Shown piece by piece: positions 8,505 through 15,735 of a DNA stretch of 64,000 nucleotides. The notes beneath the pieces are model-generated. The model was not told the origin of the DNA and ran no database searches. It saw only the letters and a list, made by a program, of their open reading frames with translations. Source of the DNA: a virus (lineage: Duplodnaviria; Caudoviricetes); IMG/VR virus record IMGVR_UViG_3300038530_003085, positions 123,394 to 187,393 of that record, one strand, 5' to 3'. The number at the start of each line of letters is the position of its first letter. The first letter of the stretch is position 1. Made by a program: the position numbers and the translations under genes.

Positions 8505-9310
8505 GCATTTTCTTTAAAAGTGTTCTTACCCTTGGCACCACGTTCAGCAGTTTTATCTAATAGTGCTTTGTATGCGATTGACCAAGATGCAGGTAGAAGC
8601 TTGGTTCCAGTAGATTTTGAATTGTAAAAGTTACCTTGCCCTTCGGAACCCCATTTATTGAAATCTCTAACTAAATCTGCTAAGGCTTGAATTTCCATTG
8701 TTTGGTAATACTGCTTTAGATCTTCTTTTTCTGCCCCACGAGTAAAAGTATCTTTGTATCCATCAGGAAGGCTATCATATGGAACATATGTTATATATAC
8801 GCCGCCCCTTGCGGTTTGTTGCATTTTACCTGTGCTCTCAACATCACCTTTTGAAACAAATTCGGCTTCAAGTCGGTCCATAGCAATATTTTTTGCCTTG
8901 TCAGCACCAACACCCTTTGCCAAGTCTGCGGGTATGTCACCTTCGCGGCCGCTGGCATCGATGGCTTTCTGAATGAAGTCAGCGCGCGCGGCGGACATGT
9001 TTTGGCTAGCATCAAGAGCGTTCTGAATCTGTTCCGCTGCTGCCGGGGTTACCCCAACACCATCAAGCTGCTGTACGTCTGATGCTATTTGACCTCCAAA
9101 AGCAAGTGCTGCCATAACAGTAATCGGTACGGCAGCTTTCTTAGCGGCACTTTTAATTGCATCAAGAACGGTTTTTTCCAATAAGATTGTTTGTTCTTCT
9201 GTCAAGCCAAGTTGCATTTCTGCAATAACTTCGGTAATTGTTTGCTTAACAATACGAAGCTCTACTTCTTCGCGAATAATTTCTTTTAGTCTAGTTTCAG
9301 TAATTAACAT
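8501..9310 (-). CDS. MKIT-leader family protein with hydrophobic segment
   Basis: N-terminus MLITETRLKEIIREEVE, LTE/LLE sites, then KKAAVPITVMAALAFGG. Confidence 0.65.
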   Translation of the reverse strand: MLITETRLKEIIREEVELRIVKQTITEVIAEMQLGLTEEQTILLEKTVLDAIKSAAKKAAVPITVMAALAFGGQIASDVQQLDGVGVTPAAAEQIQNALDASQNMSAARADFIQKAIDASGREGDIPADLAKGVGADKAKNIAMDRLEAEFVSKGDVESTGKMQQTARGGVYITYVPYDSLPDGYKDTFTRGAEKEDLKQYYQTMEIQALADLVRDFNKWGSEGQGNFYNSKSTGTKLLPASWSIAYKALLDKTAERGAKGKNTFKENA

Positions 9311-9312
9311 TA

Positions 9313-10251
9313 TTAAACTGCCGAGAGTAAATCTAGCAATAAATAGTTGTCAGCATCAATAAAAGATGCATTCTTTTTTCTTTGTTCAAATACAGATTTG
9401 GGCATTGAACCAACGTCTTCGTATCCAGACACATCTATTTTGTGAAGTTCAATATCGTATTGTAGAAGCATTTTAATAATCCTTCTTTCTTTGTCTGCTG
9501 CATCTGGGTCAAGGGCGATATAGATTGGGGTGTCGTTCCGTACAATCTTTCGTAATAAGTCGGACCCCGACCGTAGGGTTGAACCCAGAATAGGAACAGC
9601 ATTTCCGGCGACCAGTGCATCAAAAACTCCTTCGACCAATACTAGGTCTTTATTCCAGTCGATATATAGTTCGTTAAAGGTTATATCTTTAGAGGCTCTT
9701 GGATTTTTATACTTGTAAGAATCACCAGTATATGAGCGTGCAATAAAATAACTCACATCCCCATCTTCGTCAAACGATGGTATGATAATTCTATTACGAT
9801 ATTCGCCATTAAAACAATAACCGATTTTCCATTTGAGAATATCGGCTTTGGTTATACCGCGCTTCATTAGATAATTATAAGCATATACTGCAGTGGCTGG
9901 TAGCTTATCGGCTGCAAGACTTAAGAACTCATCTGGTAGTTCTAGCTTTTGTACAATTTTTTCAGGCTTGTCATCCATAAAGAGGTCATTAAATCTCTCC
10001 AAATCTTGACGCCCGAATATTTGGTCCCACGCAGCAAGTTGGTTATAGTTGCCAAACCGACGCACAACACGCCTAATATTCCGGCCGCGATAATCACAAA
10101 TCCAACATTTGTAGACATTTTTATCAACATTAACAGAAAACTTACGTTTGTGATGGTGGCAGACCGGACAAGTGAATAACATCTCAGAGCCTTTGTCATG
10201 ACAATTTCCCAAGACACCTTGCAATATTTTTTTAGCCTGTCCATTTTTCAT
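9313..10251 (-). CDS. DNA primase (zinc-binding + TOPRIM)
   Basis: CPVC...CWIC zinc domain, RIIIP, KYKNP, VEGVFDA and ALDPD TOPRIM motifs. Confidence 0.88.
   Translation of the reverse strand: MKNGQAKKILQGVLGNCHDKGSEMLFTCPVCHHHKRKFSVNVDKNVYKCWICDYRGRNIRRVVRRFGNYNQLAAWDQIFGRQDLERFNDLFMDDKPEKIVQKLELPDEFLSLAADKLPATAVYAYNYLMKRGITKADILKWKIGYCFNGEYRNRIIIPSFDEDGDVSYFIARSYTGDSYKYKNPRASKDITFNELYIDWNKDLVLVEGVFDALVAGNAVPILGSTLRSGSDLLRKIVRNDTPIYIALDPDAADKERRIIKMLLQYDIELHKIDVSGYEDVGSMPKSVFEQRKKNASFIDADNYLLLDLLSAV
9340..9347 (-). promoter_or_regulatory. Putative late promoter motif ACTATTTA (inside the primase 3' end)
   Basis: 30 nt upstream of ATG 9310, matching the spacing seen at 2465-2472. Confidence 0.4.
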
Positions 10252-10475
10252 TCATCACCTATAATAGTATAGAAGCCATCTCTTATTGGTATAACACCTA
10301 GTGAACTTTGTTTAAAAAAGTAAGCGTGCACCGTATTACTTTCACTCTCAATTCTGACCACTATACCACAATCTTCTATTTCGGTAAACTTGAAATTAAT
10401 TTGTTTAGCTGGTGGGACAGCAGTATACCAACTTCTTTTTATTAAATCTCCAACTTTCACTTTGCGGCTTGGCAC
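10248..10475 (-). CDS. Small SH3/KOW-like protein
   Basis: KVGDLI...GIVV pattern; resembles 11448-11684. Confidence 0.5.
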   Translation of the reverse strand: MPSRKVKVGDLIKRSWYTAVPPAKQINFKFTEIEDCGIVVRIESESNTVHAYFFKQSSLGVIPIRDGFYTIIGDE

Positions 10476-11389
10476 TTCAGATTCTCTCGGTATCGTAGTA
10501 GTGCTAACTCCTTGTGCTTAGCTTCAATCATAATATCAAACTCGTGGCCATAATTGTTCAGTGTGTTGTACACAAGATCTGAATGTGCTTGTGGTTTAAT
10601 CTTGGGATTGTTGTGCTCAAGTGAGCGAGACTCGGCATAATGCACAACAGGCTTGATGTCACCCCAAGTAGACAATGCTAACTCAAGTGCCTCTTGTTCT
10701 GTCTGGCCCCCGGGATGCAACATGTGATGATGATAATCAAACACAATTGGGATACCAATACGCTTGTATACTCCCTCATACAGTTCCAATGTGGAGTACA
10801 ATGAAGTCTTATCGTCGTTCTCAACTGTCAAGCGTGAGCGCACGTTGTCAGGCAGGCGCTCAAAATTACGGCAGAAATTGTCAAGGGCAAAAGGTTTATC
10901 ACCATAGGCCGCACCAACGTGAATATTAAGCTTGGCATATGGTGTACGAGGTAAACCCATAAGATCAAATAAATCACCGTGGACTGATAAATCAGTCTTA
11001 GTCAATTCAAACACACGCTCTTTGGGTGATGCTAGCTTGTTAAACGGCCCCGGATGGGCTGTAAGCCTCATTCCGTGCTTACGGGCAAAGTTACCTGCCT
11101 TAAGGGCAGCAGCGTGTATAGCGCCAAAATTAGGCAGTTCTGTGAGATCGTATTCAGATGCCCACGGAATAATGTCGGAGGAAAGACGATAAAAGTAAAT
11201 ATCGTGTTCTAAATTCCATTCAAGAATAGTATATAAGTCACGTAAATTCTGTAGTGCAAGCTCTGCAGCGTATTCAATTCCACGCTCATCAAATGTGCGC
11301 CTAATCATACTGCGGTTAGTAGTGATACGTTGCGACTTTGGCAACGAAGAAAAACCCATATTGATACAGGCATAGCCCAAGTAATTCAT
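10457..11389 (-). CDS. uvsE: UV DNA damage endonuclease
   Basis: LGYACIN, YRLSSD, RLTAHPG, NIHVG, LTVENDD, FDYHHH, QAHSD, MIEAKHKE motifs; ATG 11389 with a GGAGG SD. Confidence 0.95.
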   Translation of the reverse strand: MNYLGYACINMGFSSLPKSQRITTNRSMIRRTFDERGIEYAAELALQNLRDLYTILEWNLEHDIYFYRLSSDIIPWASEYDLTELPNFGAIHAAALKAGNFARKHGMRLTAHPGPFNKLASPKERVFELTKTDLSVHGDLFDLMGLPRTPYAKLNIHVGAAYGDKPFALDNFCRNFERLPDNVRSRLTVENDDKTSLYSTLELYEGVYKRIGIPIVFDYHHHMLHPGGQTEQEALELALSTWGDIKPVVHYAESRSLEHNNPKIKPQAHSDLVYNTLNNYGHEFDIMIEAKHKELALLRYRENLKCQAAK

Positions 11390-11405
11390 AACAACCTCCA
11401 CACTA

Positions 11406-11434
11406 ACTATAGCCTACTTGAAGTGGCTTGTCAA
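11406..11434 (-). promoter_or_regulatory. Sigma70-type promoter of uvsE
   Basis: TTGACA (11434-11429), 17-nt spacer, TATAGT (11411-11406). Confidence 0.8.
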
Positions 11435-11447
11435 CTTAAACATATAA

Positions 11448-11684
11448 TTATTCTGCACGATACCATAGCAGTAATACTGAAGATGGCAATTGCTCAGTGA
11501 TTCCATTATCTAACCACAGTACAGTCACGCGATCTTGAGTTTCAGGATTTTCCAAGGTAGTAAAAATCCAAGCTGCTCTTTCAATTGAAATAACTATTCC
11601 GTTCCATCTATTCCTATCACTTGGAACAATCAGTTCTTTTTCAGTTACAATATCACCAATCTTAAATATTTTGTTTCTACTCAC
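11448..11684 (-). CDS. Small SH3/KOW-like protein
   Basis: FKIGDIV...GIVI...VTVLW pattern. Confidence 0.5.
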   Translation of the reverse strand: MSRNKIFKIGDIVTEKELIVPSDRNRWNGIVISIERAAWIFTTLENPETQDRVTVLWLDNGITEQLPSSVLLLWYRAE

Positions 11685-11691
11685 AAAATAA

Positions 11692-12258
11692 CTAGCGTTG
11701 ACTTTCTATATCCCATCCAGCTTTCGCAATTATAATAGCATCAGCGCGATCATAACTCTCCGGTCTCGGGTTACCATGTTTGGTATACTCTATGTGAAAT
11801 GCTGGCTCTGTCTGTAACAAATGCTCTAATACTACTTGCTTGGCTTTTTGGCCGCGTGGTACCTTGATCCCAACCTGTTTGCGTGCGGAAGTGGCTCCAA
11901 TATACTCAGGACGTATTTCAAAAACTTCAAAGAGTAACCAAGACACGATACCATTAAATCTTTGAAGTGCTGCCATTGTTTTGCCAGAAGAGCCACCAGA
12001 ATTAAAAAATGTAAAAGGCTGTTCAATATAAATGTGCTCAATGGGAAACTTGGCGTCACCAAAACCTGCCGAAGAATTATCATCATTATTAAGCTGATAC
12101 ATTTCATACAGGTCAAGTATTTTTTCTTTTATTGCAATTGTTTTATCAAAAACATTTTTGTATTTTCTCAAATCAATAGAATCATAATATACAAGTTGAT
12201 CGTCAGCTATTACAGCAAATCCCGTGATACTGGTTGATACGTCTACACCTAAAATCAT
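11692..12258 (-). CDS. RuvC-like Holliday junction resolvase
   Basis: ILGVDVSTSITG, IYIE and DRADAIIIA RNase H-fold catalytic motifs. Confidence 0.8.
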   Translation of the reverse strand: MILGVDVSTSITGFAVIADDQLVYYDSIDLRKYKNVFDKTIAIKEKILDLYEMYQLNNDDNSSAGFGDAKFPIEHIYIEQPFTFFNSGGSSGKTMAALQRFNGIVSWLLFEVFEIRPEYIGATSARKQVGIKVPRGQKAKQVVLEHLLQTEPAFHIEYTKHGNPRPESYDRADAIIIAKAGWDIESQR

Positions 12259-12270
12259 AATGGTATTCTA

Positions 12271-13542
12271 CTATATATCCAACTTAATCTTAAATGCTAA
12301 ATCGTTTTCTTCTTCTTTAAGTACAGGATTTGCCAAAGTTGCAACACCTATAAGATTTTTATCCTCATCATAAATACCTATCCTTGAAATAAAGACTTGT
12401 CTTTTAAACGGTTCATTATGGCTAGCAAAACTAGAAGATGCAATATTCTTTATTGTTCTTTTAGGATTTTCTTCAAATATGGTTGAGCTTGTTTGTAAAA
12501 GATAATTTTGTCCTTTAGTTACAAACGTTGGGTTGTTAGAATAATTAGCTTCACCTCTGGCAGCTTTTGCAAACATCGTATATACTTGTGTAGTGTTTTC
12601 AGCCTCAAAGTTAATACCAAATGATGCAGATGCAAATGCTACATCGGCTCTATCTGGATTAATCTTGCTGTCATTGCCACCTACTCCAAAGTATAGCCAT
12701 TTAGGCTTTACAAGACCGCCTGATGTTAATCCATCATTCAGTGGTAGGCTGACAGCAGGATCAACTTCCCAAGAGCCAGTCAGCATAATAACACCTTCGT
12801 TATATAGAACAACTCCAGCAACAAGACCATTACCAGTTGAATTAGAGCTTGTAACTTCTATAAGCTCACCGTTTTCTTTTGTATCTCTAATCTCAGCAGC
12901 CAATGTGCCGCTTACATACCATTTTAAGCAAACGGAACCCGGGTTGATTCTGCTACCATAAAATATAGAAGGTATATACAAAACATTTATAGCTTGTTCG
13001 GCTTTATTCCATCCTGACTCAAAATCAGATTGAACTCTATAATGCTCACTATATCTAGCGTAGTGATTAAGTCTATTTTTTAATGCAAAGAAATGAGGAT
13101 GTGATGGAATACCAGCAGATGCAGTAACAACACCGGTTTCAGTATTAATAACTGGGCCACGAGCACCTGCTGCTGGGCTCATAAATTCTCTAGATATCGA
13201 AGCAGTCATGGGGTAAAACCCTTCGATGCGATCTCCGTATTGAAACTCTGTCGAGTATGTTGTAGGAGCTACAGTTTTAAACGAGGCGCCAGCAGAATCC
13301 TTAGTGATAAAAGGGACTATAGGATTGTTAGAGCCTGTGAGCCTGTCAATATTGTATTCATATAAACTCACGCCACCACTAAAACTGGCAGTAATTCCCA
13401 AAATAGCATCGGAATAAGAGCCAGACTCATGTCTTTTGTCATTGAAGTATATTCTACCGTTGTATATGAAGAAGTCCACTATTGGGTGGGTCTTCATTGT
13501 GTTCAGTAGAACATCATTTTTACCGAACTTACGGTAAGACAT
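12271..13542 (-). CDS. Tail/baseplate structural protein with C-terminal tail-collar-like motif
   Basis: C-terminal ISRIGIYDEDKNLIGVATLANPVLK...KLDI; paralogous to 13544-14653. Confidence 0.65.
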   Translation of the reverse strand: MSYRKFGKNDVLLNTMKTHPIVDFFIYNGRIYFNDKRHESGSYSDAILGITASFSGGVSLYEYNIDRLTGSNNPIVPFITKDSAGASFKTVAPTTYSTEFQYGDRIEGFYPMTASISREFMSPAAGARGPVINTETGVVTASAGIPSHPHFFALKNRLNHYARYSEHYRVQSDFESGWNKAEQAINVLYIPSIFYGSRINPGSVCLKWYVSGTLAAEIRDTKENGELIEVTSSNSTGNGLVAGVVLYNEGVIMLTGSWEVDPAVSLPLNDGLTSGGLVKPKWLYFGVGGNDSKINPDRADVAFASASFGINFEAENTTQVYTMFAKAARGEANYSNNPTFVTKGQNYLLQTSSTIFEENPKRTIKNIASSSFASHNEPFKRQVFISRIGIYDEDKNLIGVATLANPVLKEEENDLAFKIKLDI

Positions 13543-13543
13543 T

Positions 13544-14653
13544 TTAGTAGTCCAGTCGAACTCTAAGAGTCAATTCGTTTTGCGGTGTTTTCTTAAGAGG
13601 CTCGGAAAGCTTAGCAACCGCAAGTAGTTCGTTTCTTGCATTGTAAAGCCCAACAGTGGTAACATAAGATACAGGTAAGTCACTAGCTTCATTCTTAACT
13701 TGAATCTTACTGTTCCGAGTATAAGTTGGGTTAGAACTATAGTTAAACTTGTTGACAGGTAGCCTACAGAAATAAATTGTAGAGTTAATCTCAGTAGAGT
13801 TATTAAAGCTAATGTTGTAAATACGATGTCTAAAAGCATCACAAGAAGCAGAAATAGCAGAGCCAGTCATCAAGGCGTCAATAGTCTCCATACCACCAGT
13901 ACTGCCAGTTCCAAAATCTGTGATTGGTGTTTTATCTAGTGGATTACCGGCAGCTTTACTGAAGACTGATGCGGTTACAACTGCAATACCAGCTTGATAA
14001 AACACAACACCAGATCCAGATGTATACCCATTACCAAATGTTCCATCACCATTGTTTGCATATAACACTCCATAATCGCCACCAATTGTAGGTGTTGTGC
14101 CTCCGTTGGCAGATGCAGATGCGTCTTGAAGTAGTAAACGAGAACCACCGGGTGTAGTAAAGGGAGAAGCGAACGAGCCTGTACCAAGCTCTATACTAAA
14201 TGTTCCTTTCTTAATCTGATCTTTTGTTATTAATCTTGAGAAAGGAATAATAACAACTTCTTTCATTTGACCTGTGCCGTCTAACTCTAAATCACTTTCA
14301 AATCTTCTAACTCTATTTGCTGAGCCAGTGAAACCAAACAATAGTTGAGTAAACTGATTGTAGATATTGATTTTCTTACTGTTCTGAACCGATGCCGAAC
14401 TGCTTAATGGCGAGGACTCATCATAAGCGAATGTAATGTCATAGATGTGGTTAGCTGAGGAACTCAAGAATGGATAGTCAAAAACAGACTGAAACATACC
14501 GTGAGTATAGTTTTTGATGTTAAAACTGGTGCCGTCAGGACTATCATATGTGCCACTAGCTAATGTTCCTGTTAATGGCAATACTTCATGTAAAATAGTT
14601 TTAGTTGTTGTTGAATCAGTGTTTACGTCTAAGACTTCGTAAGTTGATGGCAT
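13544..14653 (-). CDS. Tail/baseplate structural protein with C-terminal tail-collar-like motif
   Basis: C-terminal NYSSNPTY...VTTVGLYNARNELLAVAKLSEPLKK...RLDY. Confidence 0.65.
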   Translation of the reverse strand: MPSTYEVLDVNTDSTTTKTILHEVLPLTGTLASGTYDSPDGTSFNIKNYTHGMFQSVFDYPFLSSSANHIYDITFAYDESSPLSSSASVQNSKKINIYNQFTQLLFGFTGSANRVRRFESDLELDGTGQMKEVVIIPFSRLITKDQIKKGTFSIELGTGSFASPFTTPGGSRLLLQDASASANGGTTPTIGGDYGVLYANNGDGTFGNGYTSGSGVVFYQAGIAVVTASVFSKAAGNPLDKTPITDFGTGSTGGMETIDALMTGSAISASCDAFRHRIYNISFNNSTEINSTIYFCRLPVNKFNYSSNPTYTRNSKIQVKNEASDLPVSYVTTVGLYNARNELLAVAKLSEPLKKTPQNELTLRVRLDY

Positions 14654-14666
14654 TTATAATCTCCGT

Positions 14667-15698
14667 TTATGATGCTGCATTTCTAATAATTCTTATTGGC
14701 AATTGCAAAGTCGCCTGTGTTGCATTCCCTTGAACATATACTACTGTATCGATGTAGTCATATGTCTGAGAACTAGCACCTTGTGATTGTGCAACTTTAC
14801 CATATACTGTATAATCATCTAATGAAAGGTCTGGATTTATTGTTATTCCAAGTGTTCCAAAGCTAGCTCTAGGTCCATTAATAGCTGAGAAGTTTGTTGA
14901 TGAATCATTACCACTATTATTGGCGTGAAAATACACTCTGTTCAAACCACCGTTGACAGTGGCTTGAACATAGTTAGCTACCGTTGTAGTATCAGTGGAT
15001 GGGGTTGCGTCAACAAGGTTGCCAATCACCAATCTTGCCGTGACCTGTGCACTTGCGGTGTTATTGGCAAATTCTGCTTGGGCACTTTGGCCCTGAACAG
15101 AAGCGATAAATCGACTATCGTATGAAACAGTAAAGTTTTGATCATTGAGGCCAACTGACAAAATGTAGTTTGATTGATTAGCAGACGATGGTGTTGGTGT
15201 GCTATTCGCAGGTGTGTTGATACCTGTCTCAAAAAGGATAAATTTGCCTGTGCCACGATCACCACTAATCATTATAGCTTCATCGCCGCCCAAATCAGTA
15301 GATAATTGAGTTGATGTCAAAGGTGTACCAGTATCATTGGCGAGATAGATGACGCCATTTGTATGTTTCTTTACTACAGACGCCATCGCAGTACCAGACT
15401 TTTGATTCATCTCAATCGCTGGTAAATACAATAAATCTTGTCTAGGGTAGGATAAAAGGCCGTAATTAATGTTAGCATTGATTTGGGTGAAAGCTTCTAA
15501 TACAGGGGTTTGTAAAATTTCCAAATCATAATAAGCAGAACCCGATGGATGATCTTTGTTATAGAGACCGTAGTCAATCTCATCATCACCAATTGCAAAC
15601 TTGGAGATACTAAAGTCTCCCTGTGCCATTCTTTTACGCCCTACATCTGTAAGCACAGCGTCAAGAATAATATCTCCACTGTTATCTAAAAATGCCAT
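14667..15698 (-). CDS. Tail/baseplate structural protein with N-terminal tail-collar-like motif
   Basis: N-terminal DAVLTDVGRKRMAQGDFSISKFAIGDDEIDY. Confidence 0.6.
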   Translation of the reverse strand: MAFLDNSGDIILDAVLTDVGRKRMAQGDFSISKFAIGDDEIDYGLYNKDHPSGSAYYDLEILQTPVLEAFTQINANINYGLLSYPRQDLLYLPAIEMNQKSGTAMASVVKKHTNGVIYLANDTGTPLTSTQLSTDLGGDEAIMISGDRGTGKFILFETGINTPANSTPTPSSANQSNYILSVGLNDQNFTVSYDSRFIASVQGQSAQAEFANNTASAQVTARLVIGNLVDATPSTDTTTVANYVQATVNGGLNRVYFHANNSGNDSSTNFSAINGPRASFGTLGITINPDLSLDDYTVYGKVAQSQGASSQTYDYIDTVVYVQGNATQATLQLPIRIIRNAAS

Positions 15699-15715
15699 TT
15701 TGTTACCTCTTCCTA

Positions 15716-15723
15716 TAAATAGT
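15716..15723 (-). promoter_or_regulatory. Putative late promoter motif ACTATTTA(TA)
   Basis: Intergenic, immediately upstream of the GGAAGAGG SD and ATG 15698. Confidence 0.5.
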
Positions 15724-15735
15724 ATTGATTTTTAG

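Noticed and set aside
15714-15721. T4 late promoter TATAAATA on the plus strand (also near 39835)
   Set aside because: No plus-strand gene lies downstream; it is better explained as the reverse complement of the minus-strand motif.
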